Translations under genes and position numbers: made by a program | Shown: positions 18,610 to 27,716 of the stretch, piece by piece | Layout of the letters: each line of letters begins with the position of its first letter | How positions within the stretch are numbered: position 1 is the first letter of the stretch | Source of the DNA: an uncultured Anaerolineales bacterium | Lineage (GTDB): Bacteria > Chloroflexota > Anaerolineae > Anaerolineales > UBA11858 | Assembly (NCBI GenBank): GCA_964539105.1 | Contig: CAZIFI010000007.1 | Location: forward strand, 2,883-66,882 | DNA: 64,000 bases | Direction: 5' to 3' | The notes under the pieces: generated by a model | Databases searched by the model: none | Seen by the model: the letters and a program-made list of their open reading frames with translations, nothing else | Told to the model about the DNA's origin: nothing

Positions 18610-19359
18610 TTATTGTCCTCCTTGAAATCGTTCCAGGGCCTGGGTCAGGTCGATGTGGCCTTCATACAGGGCCCGCCCGATGATCACGCCCTGCAGCCCG
18701 GCTTCCCGGGCGGATTGAATATCTTCCAGATTAGAAACGCCGCCTGCAGCGATGACATCCAGCCCGGTGTTTTTCTGAAAAATGAGGGCAGCACTGACAT
18801 TTAATCCGCGGTTCATGCCATCCCGGGTGATGTCAGTGTAAACAGCTCTTATCAAGCCCTTTTTGCGCAGCTGTTTCCCGAAGGCAATGGGAAGTAATGC
18901 TGTGCCTTCCGTCCAGCCCCGGACCTGAACGACGCCGTCCCGGGCGTCGATGCCGGCCACTATGTGTTTTTCCCCGAAGGATTGAACAGCCTTCTGAACG
19001 ATATCTGGGTTCCGGACTGCAGCTGTGCCCAGGATGGTCCGGCTGACGCCCAGAGACAGCAAGTGTTGAATGTCATCCAGGCTCCGGATTCCGCCTCCGA
19101 ACTGAACCCGGGCATCAGCGGAACGCGCTGCATCCAGGATTTCCTCCAGCGCCTGTTGATTGGGAGTGTCCTGTTCTTCAAATGCTCCGTCCAGGTTGAC
19201 AACATGCAGCCAGTGGGCCCCTTCTTCCAGCCAGCGGCGGGCGACCTTTCCGGGTTGGCGGTCATACATGGTTTCCCGGTCCGGGTCTCCCTGCTTTAAT
19301 CGCACAACCTGGCCGCGGCGGAGGTCGATTGCTGGATATATTGTGAACTCAGTCATCAT
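18610..19359 (-). CDS. hisA: ProFAR isomerase (1-(5-phosphoribosyl)-5-[(5-phosphoribosylamino)methylideneamino]imidazole-4-carboxamide isomerase)
   Basis: IYPAIDLRRGQVVRL.QGD, LHVVNLDGA, QFGGGIRS and AAGGVS motifs. Confidence 0.95.
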   Translation of the reverse strand: MMTEFTIYPAIDLRRGQVVRLKQGDPDRETMYDRQPGKVARRWLEEGAHWLHVVNLDGAFEEQDTPNQQALEEILDAARSADARVQFGGGIRSLDDIQHLLSLGVSRTILGTAAVRNPDIVQKAVQSFGEKHIVAGIDARDGVVQVRGWTEGTALLPIAFGKQLRKKGLIRAVYTDITRDGMNRGLNVSAALIFQKNTGLDVIAAGGVSNLEDIQSAREAGLQGVIIGRALYEGHIDLTQALERFQGGQ

Positions 19360-19383
19360 ATGAACTACCTCAATTTTCTATAT

Positions 19384-19989
19384 TTACAGTCGGACAAAAT
19401 TACTTAGCAGTTGCAGGCCGATGTGCTGGCTCTTTTCGGGATGAAATTGCACTCCGTAAATCTGCCCGCGCTGAACGATGGAGGCGTAGGGGTCACCATA
19501 TGTTGTGGTTGCCAGCACAATGTCTTCCTGTTCAGCGGCACAGTAATAGGTGTGGTTGAAATAGGCATAACTTTCCGGAGGAATATCTGTCAATAAGTCG
19601 TCTTTACGTGTGGCGTGAATCTGGTTCCACCCTGTATGGGGCACCGTCAAACCATGTTCGGGAAAGCGGACCACCCGCCCCGGAAGCAATCCTAACCCGG
19701 GATGCTCACCATGTTCCTCGCTGACCTCGAACAGCATTTGCATCCCGACACATATTCCCAGCAGTGGTACATCATTCTGCACGGCCTCGAGAAGGGGGGT
19801 TTTCAGGTCCCGGGCTTTCAGACCCTGCATGGCATCCGCGAACGCGCCCACGCCGGGCAGGACCAGCTTTTCTACCTTTTGGATGTGAGCCGGATCGTCC
19901 GTGAGTACAACATCCGCTCCGACGGTGGTGAGGGCTTTTTGTACGGAACGGAGATTGCCAACCCCGTGATCAATAAGAGCCATTCTCAT
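19384..19989 (-). CDS. hisH: Imidazole glycerol phosphate synthase, glutamine amidotransferase subunit
   Basis: Class I GATase motifs LPGVGAF, GICVGMQ (catalytic Cys) and FHPEKS. Confidence 0.95.
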   Translation of the reverse strand: MRMALIDHGVGNLRSVQKALTTVGADVVLTDDPAHIQKVEKLVLPGVGAFADAMQGLKARDLKTPLLEAVQNDVPLLGICVGMQMLFEVSEEHGEHPGLGLLPGRVVRFPEHGLTVPHTGWNQIHATRKDDLLTDIPPESYAYFNHTYYCAAEQEDIVLATTTYGDPYASIVQRGQIYGVQFHPEKSQHIGLQLLSNFVRL

Positions 19990-19998
19990 CCTGTCCTC

Positions 19999-20586
19999 CT
20001 ACAATGAGCCTTTTGTGCTGGGCACCGTGCCGCCGCGCCGTTTGTCGATCCGGCAGGCTTCATCCAGAGCCCGCCCCAGCGCTTTAAACAAGGCTTCCGC
20101 TTTGTGATGGTCATCCCTGCCGTACAACACCCGGGCGTGCAGGTTGCAGCGCGCGGTTACGGCGAAGGATTCCAGGACATGGGGGAAGAGGGTGGTGGCA
20201 ATACCGCCCACGCGGGGAGACTGCCATTCCACCTGGATGACACTGTACGGTCGGCCGGAAAAATCCAGGGCGATATGAGCCAGGGTTTCGTCCATGGGGA
20301 CAAAGCTGTCACCCATGCGGGTGATGCCTTTTCGATCTCCAAGGGCCTGGTCAAAGGCCTGACCCAGCGCCAGGGCACAGTCCTCGACAGTGTGATGTTC
20401 ATCAACCTCCAGATCCCCCCGGGCAGTGAGCTGCAGGTCAAACAGGCCGTGCAGGGCGACGTGGGACAGCATGTGATCGAAAAAACCCAGCCCGGTATCA
20501 ATCTGGGCCTTCCCGGAGCCATCCAGGTTGAGATGGAGATCAATTTCAGTTTCCTGTGTTGTGCGTTTGATGTTTGCTTTTCGCAT
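19999..20586 (-). CDS. hisB: Imidazoleglycerol-phosphate dehydratase (monofunctional, no phosphatase domain)
   Basis: RTTQETEI...[18 protein letters not shown] and G.D.HH..EA.FKA motifs. At 195 aa it is too short to include an N-terminal HAD domain. Confidence 0.95.
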   Translation of the reverse strand: MRKANIKRTTQETEIDLHLNLDGSGKAQIDTGLGFFDHMLSHVALHGLFDLQLTARGDLEVDEHHTVEDCALALGQAFDQALGDRKGITRMGDSFVPMDETLAHIALDFSGRPYSVIQVEWQSPRVGGIATTLFPHVLESFAVTARCNLHARVLYGRDDHHKAEALFKALGRALDEACRIDKRRGGTVPSTKGSL

Positions 20587-20612
20587 CGTTACCTCGCTTG
20601 AAAGGGGGTGGG

Positions 20613-21710
20613 TTACAGGTCGTTCAGGGCCCGGAGTAAAGCAGCGGTGTCTGACGGGGTGCCGACGCTGATCCGGATGTGGTCATCCAGGGCCGGTTTA
20701 TCAAAATAGCGGATTAAGATTCCCTGCTGTGCCAGTCGTTCTTTGACCTGGCCTGCGTCTTTGTTGTCCACGCGGCACAGGACAAAATTGGCCTGGGATG
20801 GATAAGGCTCCAGCCAGCTGATTCCGGAAAGCTCTTCGTATAGCCTTTTGCGCTCGTCACGGATGGCCCGGGTTTGGGCCTCCAGCTCAGAGTGGTGAGC
20901 CAGCGTGGCGCGGGCTGCTGCCGCTCCAGCGGCGTTGACATTATAGGGCTGTTTGATCTTCCAGATGGCGGGTGTGATCCACCCGGGAAACACGCCATAT
21001 CCCACGCGCAGGCCGGCTAATCCACCCCACTTGCTGAAGGTGCGCAGCACAATCAGGTTATCATGCTGCCTGGTGTAGTCCATCAGGCTGGATCCGCGGG
21101 GGGCAAAATCAATATAGGCCTCATCGACCACCAGGAGCAGTGGGAGATCAAGCAGGCGCTCCAGCGAGGAGGGGGGGAGGACACCGCCATCGGGATTATT
21201 GGGGGATGCCACAAAGAGTACTTTGGGTGAATATTCACGGACGGCCTTTTCTACTTCTGGCATGTCGAAAGAAAAATCATCCTGGCGCGGGACAGACAGG
21301 ACCCGGCCGGCGTTGACATCCGTGTCAAAGGCATACATACTGAAAGTAGGAGGACAATTCAAGATCAGGTCCCCGGGGTTGAGGATGACGCGTAAGATGA
21401 GATCGATGAGCTCATCCGCCCCGGCTCCGGCCAGAATGCGATCCACGGGCAGATCATGGACTTCAGCGATGTCACGCCGCAAATAGCGTGCTTCAGGATC
21501 GGGATAGATGTGAATGTTTTCCAGATCCTTCAACGTCTCTTTGACTGCTGGCAGAGGTCCGTAGGGGTTTTCATTGGCATCTAACTTGATGAGGTCCTCT
21601 TCCGGAATCCCGAGCTGTTCCGAGAGCACATCGAAAGGATGGATGGGTTGATAAGGGGGCATGTCCTGGATGTGGCCCCGCAGCAGGGTATGAGGCTGAA
21701 AAGAAGTCAT
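20613..21710 (-). CDS. hisC: Histidinol-phosphate aminotransferase
   Basis: [16 protein letters not shown]-like [15 protein letters not shown] and [16 protein letters not shown] (PLP Lys). Confidence 0.95.
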   Translation of the reverse strand: MTSFQPHTLLRGHIQDMPPYQPIHPFDVLSEQLGIPEEDLIKLDANENPYGPLPAVKETLKDLENIHIYPDPEARYLRRDIAEVHDLPVDRILAGAGADELIDLILRVILNPGDLILNCPPTFSMYAFDTDVNAGRVLSVPRQDDFSFDMPEVEKAVREYSPKVLFVASPNNPDGGVLPPSSLERLLDLPLLLVVDEAYIDFAPRGSSLMDYTRQHDNLIVLRTFSKWGGLAGLRVGYGVFPGWITPAIWKIKQPYNVNAAGAAAARATLAHHSELEAQTRAIRDERKRLYEELSGISWLEPYPSQANFVLCRVDNKDAGQVKERLAQQGILIRYFDKPALDDHIRISVGTPSDTAALLRALNDL

Positions 21711-23020
21711 GAGTCACTCCGGAAATCAGCGCTGGCCGCGTGAGCTGTAAGGGATTCTACCCGGGCAATTTGAGAAGCCAGCGGGCTCAGTTGGCGGGCG
21801 GTGTCTTGATCGAGGCCGATCAGGCTGCTTATTTTCACAAAATCCATCACGTTCAAAGGAGAAGCAAAGCGGGCGGTTCCCCCCGTAGGCATGATGTGGC
21901 TGGGACCTGCGACATAGTCTCCCAGGACTTCGAAAGAGTGGTCACCCAGGAAAAATCCGCCAGCGTTGTTGATCTTATCCGCCAGTGCAGCAGGGTCTTT
22001 GACAGCCAGGCACAGGTGCTCCGCGGCGTACTCATCCGCCAATTCAGCAGCGGTGTCCAGATCGGGAGTGATGACCGCACCCCCCTTATCTTCCAGCGAC
22101 TGGTTGATGATGTCTGCTCTGGTGAGGGTTTCCAGCTGGTGAGCCACCGCGCGCTGCACGGCTTGTGCCAGGTCCCGGGATGGGGTGAGGAGGATGGCGC
22201 TGGCCAGAACATCATGCTCGGCCTGGGCCAACAGGTCGCTGGCGACCCACTCAGGGTCCGCGCTCTCGTCAGCAATGACCATGGTCTCCGTGGGGCCGGC
22301 CAATCCGTCTAACCCCACAATGCCGTACACCTGCTGTTTGGCGATGGTCACGAACAGGTTTCCAGCGCCTACTATTTTATCCACCCGGGGGACGCTTTCC
22401 GTGCCAAACGCCATAGCGGCAATGGCTTGCGCTCCTCCGATTTGATAGACTTCGTCAATATCGCACAGGAAAGCGGAAGCCAGAATGCTGGGGTCAGGAT
22501 CCGGGGGGGTGGTGACAATAATCCGCTCCACCCCTGCTGCCTGGGCCGGGATGACGGACATCAGCAGAGAAGAGGGTAGGGGGGCGGTCCCACCCGGTAC
22601 ATAGACGCCCGCCCGCTCTACCGCGGTCACCCGCTGGCCGAGGATGCCGCCCATGTCGGAGGTGGTCCAGTCCGGCAGCGGCTGACGGCGGTGAAAATCG
22701 CGGATGCGGTCCGCGGCTGTCTCCAGGGCATCTTTTAATTCTGGTGATAAATCCTGATAGGCTTTCTGCAGTTCCTCCGCCGGGGTGAGGAAGGTCTCCA
22801 TGTCGGTGTTATCCAGGGTGAGGGACCACTTACGGAGCGCTTTGTCTCCCTCCTCGCGCACTGAGTTCATAATTTGGGTCACGGCTTGATAGGGGGTTAC
22901 GCCCGGACCGAAAATTTCCTCTACCCCCAGCCTGACCATTTCCGGCACTTCCTGGGTGTTAAGGGGTTGGCGGCGAAGGATCGACTTTTGTGCTTTTTCA
23001 ATGTCATATATCTTGAACAT
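21707..23020 (-). CDS. hisD: Histidinol dehydrogenase
   Basis: GVYVPGG.AP.PSS, IGGAQAIAA, QAEHD and GD...GP.H..PT motifs. The start was placed at MFKIYD (ATG at 23020 after AGGAG). The track extension to 23068 overlaps hisG. Confidence 0.93.
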   Translation of the reverse strand: MFKIYDIEKAQKSILRRQPLNTQEVPEMVRLGVEEIFGPGVTPYQAVTQIMNSVREEGDKALRKWSLTLDNTDMETFLTPAEELQKAYQDLSPELKDALETAADRIRDFHRRQPLPDWTTSDMGGILGQRVTAVERAGVYVPGGTAPLPSSLLMSVIPAQAAGVERIIVTTPPDPDPSILASAFLCDIDEVYQIGGAQAIAAMAFGTESVPRVDKIVGAGNLFVTIAKQQVYGIVGLDGLAGPTETMVIADESADPEWVASDLLAQAEHDVLASAILLTPSRDLAQAVQRAVAHQLETLTRADIINQSLEDKGGAVITPDLDTAAELADEYAAEHLCLAVKDPAALADKINNAGGFFLGDHSFEVLGDYVAGPSHIMPTGGTARFASPLNVMDFVKISSLIGLDQDTARQLSPLASQIARVESLTAHAASADFRSDS

Positions 23021-23039
23021 GGAACGACTCCTGAAAAGG

Positions 23040-24050
23040 TTATTGGTGAGCGCTGTCGAGGGCGTCAAGCATGGCTTTATAGGCGTCAGGTTCCTCTTCG
23101 AAGATATATTTCACCGAGGTCACCACCACGCCGCTTCCGCCGATTTCTCGCAATTCACTGATGGCCTGAGCGAGTTGGTCCTTACGGACCACGATATGGG
23201 CCGCAAACCAGTCTCCATCTTTGTCTGTCATCACGGGGGATATCGTCGGCCCCTGCAGCCCGCCGATCACTTTCTGGGTCTTCATTTTATCAGCGATGGC
23301 CCGGGGAGATTCCCCGCGCATGTTGGCAAACACGGCAACGTTGTTTTTGGCCCGCAGATGGGCGACGATGAACTCCAGTAGCTGCCGGGCGACATCCAGG
23401 GCCTCCGGTCTGTTTTGCAGTGAGGGCCGGTGGGCTACCAGACAGGCTTGGGAGGAGAGGATTTCACCATCCTGCAGGGCTTTGAGATGATTGGCGCGCA
23501 TGGTGGTACCCGTGGAGACCAGGTCCACAATCAGATCGGTATGGCCGATGACGGGAGCAATTTCCAGCGTGCCTTCTGCCGAGATGTAATCCACGCCTTC
23601 CAGGCCGAACTCCTGGAAAAAAGACTCCGTCAGGCGGGGGAATTTTGTGGCTACTCTGAGATTTTCTTCTTCCCGCTCCTGAAGGATTTCCAGGTCATCC
23701 ATGTGGTTGATATCCGTCCAGGCTTCAGGGACGATCACGTTCAGCGTGCACTGCCCGTAGCCCAGTTCCCGGTGCAAAGGAAGAATGTTTTTACCTACGC
23801 CGCCCTGCTCGCATACCATATCCCACCCGGTGATGCCAAAATCAACCGTGCCGTCATGCACGCTGACGGCGATATCACCTGCCCGCTGAAAAAGGACGGT
23901 CACACGCGGCAGGCTGGGAATGGATGCCTGAAATTGGCGGGGATTGGGTTTATAGACCCGGAGACCGGCTTTGGCCAGTAAATCAAGGGTATCATCCGCC
24001 AGCCGCCCCTTGCTGGGCAAGGCCAGCCGGATGTCATTACGATTGCTCAT
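23040..24050 (-). CDS. hisG: ATP phosphoribosyltransferase, long form with C-terminal regulatory domain
   Basis: LALPSKGRL, D.GITG.D, LV.TG.TM..N.L and the C-terminal ACT-like HisG_C region. AGGAGGAAG lies upstream of the ATG. Confidence 0.93.
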   Translation of the reverse strand: MSNRNDIRLALPSKGRLADDTLDLLAKAGLRVYKPNPRQFQASIPSLPRVTVLFQRAGDIAVSVHDGTVDFGITGWDMVCEQGGVGKNILPLHRELGYGQCTLNVIVPEAWTDINHMDDLEILQEREEENLRVATKFPRLTESFFQEFGLEGVDYISAEGTLEIAPVIGHTDLIVDLVSTGTTMRANHLKALQDGEILSSQACLVAHRPSLQNRPEALDVARQLLEFIVAHLRAKNNVAVFANMRGESPRAIADKMKTQKVIGGLQGPTISPVMTDKDGDWFAAHIVVRKDQLAQAISELREIGGSGVVVTSVKYIFEEEPDAYKAMLDALDSAHQ

Positions 24051-24076
24051 GGAACTTCCTCCTGTGTTTTCCCATT

Positions 24077-24110
24077 AAAAACAAAAAAGCGCCCTCCTCG
24101 CGGAGGACGC
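24077..24110 (-). terminator. Attenuator terminator immediately upstream of hisG
   Basis: Minus strand: GCGTCCTCC-GCGA-GGAGGGCGC (9-bp stem with one G-U pair, tetraloop) followed by TTTTTTGTTTTT. It lies 26 nt before the hisG ATG and 30 nt after the stop of the His-rich mini-ORF. Confidence 0.8.
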
Positions 24111-24140
24111 TGTGGATAATCTCGTTTGGTTGCAAGTACC

Positions 24141-24221
24141 CTACTTAAGCACGTCCTGACCGGTCGGAGCCGCCGGCAAAGTGTGATGATGGTGATGGTG
24201 TAAGGACGTGTAGCTGTTCAT
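24141..24221 (-). CDS. His-operon leader peptide (hisL-like), 26 codons with six consecutive His codons
   Basis: Minus strand, base by base: ATG AAC AGC TAC ACG TCC TTA CAC CAT CAC CAT CAT CAC ACT TTG CCG GCG GCT CCG ACC GGT CAG GAC GTG CTT AAG TAG = MNSYTSLHHHHHHTLPAAPTGQDVLK*. It is too short for the ORF track. Confidence 0.75.
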   Translation of the reverse strand: MNSYTSLHHHHHHTLPAAPTGQDVLK

Positions 24222-24231
24222 ATCTGCGGCG

Positions 24232-24260
24232 ATTGTAGCATGGCCTCCCGTGGCTGTAAA
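24232..24260 (-). promoter_or_regulatory. Near-consensus sigma-70 promoter of the his operon
   Basis: Minus strand: TTTACA (24260-24255), 17-nt spacer, TGC-TACAAT (extended -10, 24240-24232). Only 10 nt separate the -10 from the leader ATG. Confidence 0.65.
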
Positions 24261-24289
24261 GAGGGTTTCTTAAATATCTGATGAGAGGG

Positions 24290-25360
24290 TCAATTGGAGT
24301 ACCGCGCCCGATCGAAATCTTGAGCTGGCGGGTCATTTGTTGAAGATATTCCTGATATGACAGGTTCCCTCGGGGCGCGGATCGATACCACCCAGGCCCA
24401 GAGGAAAAATCCGGCTCCCAGCAGCGTCTGGATGAAGGAAAGTATCTCGTATAAACCCCGAAGGGCGGCAAGCGGGGGATGGTAGATCCCGGCTAACCCG
24501 TAAATTAAGCAGGCGCCCGCTGGTAGGGTCAGCAGGGGTAGGGTCTGGTGCCAGCTGACTCTGCCTTTCAAGGCTGTCAGCAGGCTGGTCCGGCCCGGAT
24601 TGCGTCTGCGGCTGATTTCCAGGGGAATCAGGACCAGGATGACCAGGGCCAGCAGCTTAAAGATTGCCAGGGGCAGGATCACAAAAACCTGGCTGATAAA
24701 GACCAGCAGGGTCAGGACCGCTAAAATCCCGAGCTCCCAGCTGTTGAGCTGGAATGAGCTCGCCCAGAAACCCACTCCGAGCAGCCAGTGAGCGGCCATC
24801 AGCATCCCGGTGAAGACCAGGGTGTAAACCAGGAAATCAGGGAATGGCCACGCTCCGGGGACCCACTGCTCCCCCTCTGCAAGCAGCCCTTGGAATTCCT
24901 GGACCGCTTCGGGAAGCCGGTAAGGCAGGGCCCACAATCCCCAGAATACTCCCAGGGCCAATCCGCCTCCCAGCAGGGTTTTCCAGCGCGATTCGATCAG
25001 GCAGGTCCGGATCCAGTAAATGCCGATCACCACACTCAATAAGCCGTGCCAGCCGATAAAATAGGCCGGCATCACGGGATCCAGCAGGCCGGCTTCATAA
25101 ATGACGGTTGTCAGCACCCCTTCCACGAGGAAACCGTATAGGGATCCAATCAGCACCACACCAGGTAAGGAAGCGACGCGAAAGAGGTCAATCAACCAGA
25201 GTGAAAAGGCTACGGGAAGGGCGTAAAAGAAGATCAGCTCCAGGATCGGGTATCCGCCGATGTACCAAAATATTTTTTCGGAAAAGAACACGATCACAGC
25301 TGTGCAGAGCAGCAGGAAGACGAAGTGCCGGAGGCTTTTAGGAAGATGATTGATTTTCAT
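24290..25360 (-). CDS. Polytopic membrane protein of unknown function (paralog of 26530..27579)
   Basis: About 9-10 predicted TM helices. Shares FFSE/FFAE, G(S/M)L(Y/F)G(F/L)xE(G/A)xLT and WH motifs with the other protein. Confidence 0.7.
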   Translation of the reverse strand: MKINHLPKSLRHFVFLLLCTAVIVFFSEKIFWYIGGYPILELIFFYALPVAFSLWLIDLFRVASLPGVVLIGSLYGFLVEGVLTTVIYEAGLLDPVMPAYFIGWHGLLSVVIGIYWIRTCLIESRWKTLLGGGLALGVFWGLWALPYRLPEAVQEFQGLLAEGEQWVPGAWPFPDFLVYTLVFTGMLMAAHWLLGVGFWASSFQLNSWELGILAVLTLLVFISQVFVILPLAIFKLLALVILVLIPLEISRRRNPGRTSLLTALKGRVSWHQTLPLLTLPAGACLIYGLAGIYHPPLAALRGLYEILSFIQTLLGAGFFLWAWVVSIRAPREPVISGISSTNDPPAQDFDRARYSN

Positions 25361-25421
25361 ATAGGTTATCTCCGCCTGTAGTGTCTAATGTTTGATGTCA
25401 AAAGAGAACCCTTCCCGGGAT

Positions 25422-26594
25422 TCACCAGCCCCGGGCAGCTGCTTCCTGGAGGAAGGCTTCATAGCCAGGTTTGTCCTCCCCGTCCCCGGGATAGGTGCGC
25501 AGCCCCAGGGTGCGTAAAAATTCCCCGAAGGCCCGGCTGGAGAGGCCGTAATACTGTGTTAGCTTCTTCACGGAGGATCCGGGTAAATCCGAAAGCCAGG
25601 AGTAGGAGAGCAAGGTGATTTGCTCTGCGTGGTCGTCCCAGGCTGAGAACATGTGCCGGATGAATTCGGCCTGCTTTTGGGGGCTGCTCTCGTTGGCTTC
25701 TGCAGTCGGGTACCCGATTTCCGTGATGTGAATTTCCCGCTCTGGATAGGCTTCGACCAGACGCTGAAAATCCGATTGGATCACTGCCGGTTTCCTGACG
25801 GAGAAATCCCCCTGCAGCGGGTAGTACGTGGTCATGATCACGTCGCTGGATCGATTGAGCGATCGGGCGAATTCGGCGGAGGGTCCAAGCAGCCCTTCGA
25901 ACTGGACCTTGGTGCCGACCGGAACCCCGGGCCACAAGGAGCGGGCGTGGTCCGCCCCGGCGGCGTAAAAGGTCTGATATGCCCCCCAGGCGTCGGGATC
26001 TGCGCCCAGCACGCCGTCAATCTCGTTGCCAATGGCCAGCGATGTCAGCTCCAGGGCGGGGATCTGCGTGGCGATATAATCCAGCAGATCCTGAAAACGC
26101 TCAATCACCTGGGGGTGATCGAGGGGCTTCCCCTGCAGATCCCGCGGCAGGCGGATTTCCGTGGTATCCAGCACCGCGATCACCAGCGACAGGCGCAGTC
26201 CCTGGGCCGGGTAGTAGTCATTGGCGATAGCCAGCCAGTTGGGCTTAGGCTCATACACCCCGGGTGCGGGTTCCAGTTCATCCCAGAACACAGAAAGGCG
26301 GGTGGATTCTACCCCCAGCTGGCGGGCGTGTTCGACGGCCTGATCGTAATCGCCGTTCTGGGAGGGGTTGACATCCAGCTCCAGGGTCCTCTCACCCTTG
26401 GAAAGGGCCTCTTGCCTGATTACGGTATCCTGTTCGGGTGAGATGGTAGCGCTTACCTCCTCCCCGGATCCACCGCAGGCCAGGACAGACAGCAGCAGGG
26501 CGGAGAGAAATAGGAAATATCGAGGTGTCTTAGGCAAAGGTTTCCTTTTTCGAAGCGGAAGGTTTTTGAATGGTGAGCCGGACGGCTTTGGCAA
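25422..26594 (-). CDS. Secreted lipoprotein, clan GH-A-like (TIM-barrel) glycoside hydrolase
   Basis: Lipobox LLSVLAC-GG. LAIGNEIDG (candidate acid/base NE) and HITEIGYP (candidate nucleophile E) have the spacing typical of GH5-like enzymes. The start is uncertain because the ORF overlaps the upstream gene by 65 nt. Confidence 0.65.
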   Translation of the reverse strand: MPKPSGSPFKNLPLRKRKPLPKTPRYFLFLSALLLSVLACGGSGEEVSATISPEQDTVIRQEALSKGERTLELDVNPSQNGDYDQAVEHARQLGVESTRLSVFWDELEPAPGVYEPKPNWLAIANDYYPAQGLRLSLVIAVLDTTEIRLPRDLQGKPLDHPQVIERFQDLLDYIATQIPALELTSLAIGNEIDGVLGADPDAWGAYQTFYAAGADHARSLWPGVPVGTKVQFEGLLGPSAEFARSLNRSSDVIMTTYYPLQGDFSVRKPAVIQSDFQRLVEAYPEREIHITEIGYPTAEANESSPQKQAEFIRHMFSAWDDHAEQITLLSYSWLSDLPGSSVKKLTQYYGLSSRAFGEFLRTLGLRTYPGDGEDKPGYEAFLQEAAARGW

Positions 26595-27579
26595 ACATGA
26601 TCAGGCTGAAGAGGATGCCCCCGAACCAGAAAATCAGAGCCATAGGTTCGGCGACGGGAGCCAGAAGCAGTTTCCCGCTGACCGCTGCCACAGGGAAGAT
26701 CCCGGCCAATACCAGCCAGAATCGATCCGGTAAATTCTCCGGAACAGGAGTCCGGGGCACATTTCGCAGTTTTGATCCTGGTTTCAGACTCTGCCAGAGC
26801 AGGAAGAAGGAAAGAGCATACAGCAGCCAGATCAGGCCCTGTCCGATCAACCCGGGGATGGCTTCCGGGCGCATCACGGCGCCCATGATCAGGTAGAGCA
26901 GGGCGGTGGGGATGAGCAGTTGACGAAACTCCTTTTTACCCGGCAGCAGCTCACCCATGGTGTAGGATTGTTCCCGGGTGGCCCGGAGCCAGACTAGGAC
27001 CAGGCCGATCAAGACCGCGGTGGTGGAAAGGCCGGAGAGCAGCGACTGGTTGACGGAGGGTGAATTGATGCTCTGGAAGAACCCGCCGAAGATCACCAGG
27101 CCGACCAGTCCCCGGCGGCTGTTAAGCAGCCGGCCCACGGCGCCGGGAAGGCTCTGGCTGAGCGCCCAGGAGCGGGTGAGCAGCTTTTCCGCGATCAGCA
27201 GGGGAATGATGAAGGAGAACCAGGCATGCCACCAGAGCACCAGCACCAGGGTTTCAATGGGGGCCACGCCGCCGATGAGCAGGGCTTCCTCCCAGGTGGG
27301 CGCCCAGAGAATTTTGGTCAGGTAAGCTTCGTACAGTCCAAAGAGCATCCCGGCGAAGATCAGGCTGGGAAAGCGCGGCCGCGGCGTCCGGTAAACCAGA
27401 TGGGCGAGGACCAGGATGTGCAGGCCGTAAAGCGGGACCACCACCAGCAGGCCCCAGGCATGGAAGAAAGGGAACATGTCAGCACCGGAAAAGACCTCGG
27501 CAAAGAAGGTGGAGAAAGCGGCCAGGATCAGCCAGAAAAGGGCTTTATGCTTCCAGGGAATGGGATGTGTCTCTTGCAT
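26530..27579 (-). CDS. Polytopic membrane protein of unknown function (paralog of 24290..25360)
   Basis: About 9-10 TM helices, with shared motifs as above. It is the first gene after the putative ECF-type promoter copy B. Confidence 0.7.
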   Translation of the reverse strand: MQETHPIPWKHKALFWLILAAFSTFFAEVFSGADMFPFFHAWGLLVVVPLYGLHILVLAHLVYRTPRPRFPSLIFAGMLFGLYEAYLTKILWAPTWEEALLIGGVAPIETLVLVLWWHAWFSFIIPLLIAEKLLTRSWALSQSLPGAVGRLLNSRRGLVGLVIFGGFFQSINSPSVNQSLLSGLSTTAVLIGLVLVWLRATREQSYTMGELLPGKKEFRQLLIPTALLYLIMGAVMRPEAIPGLIGQGLIWLLYALSFFLLWQSLKPGSKLRNVPRTPVPENLPDRFWLVLAGIFPVAAVSGKLLLAPVAEPMALIFWFGGILFSLIMFAKAVRLTIQKPSASKKETFA

Positions 27580-27663
27580 TGGGGTACCTTGACGTTCTCC
27601 TCCCTGGGGTTGGCTGGATCCATTACAGGGAGAAAGTAAAATGGTTGGCTTGTGTTCTATGTA

Positions 27664-27694
27664 GTACTACCTGAATATGTGGAAAAAGTTGCAC
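27664..27694 (-). promoter_or_regulatory. Putative ECF-sigma-dependent promoter (copy B)
   Basis: Minus strand: GTGCAACTTTTTC (27694-27682), 11 nt, GTAGTAC (27670-27664). The 13-mer is identical to the one upstream of the ECF sigma gene. Confidence 0.5.
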
Positions 27695-27716
27695 TCAGGG
27701 ATAAAAATGTCCCTGG

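Noticed and set aside
24051-24289. T-box riboswitch as the regulator of the his operon
   Set aside because: The minus-strand leader contains no T-box core (nothing resembling AANNNGGGTGGTACCGCG) and no specifier-loop architecture. At about 170 nt from promoter to terminator, with a translated His-run ORF, it fits peptide-mediated attenuation instead.
24145-24471. 108-aa minus-strand ORF from the track, covering the region upstream of hisG
   Set aside because: It overlaps the 3' end of the upstream membrane-protein gene, the promoter and the His-rich mini-ORF in a different frame. It has no SD and an Arg/Pro/Ser-rich composition typical of an out-of-frame read. The leader peptide and attenuator interpretation explains the region better.
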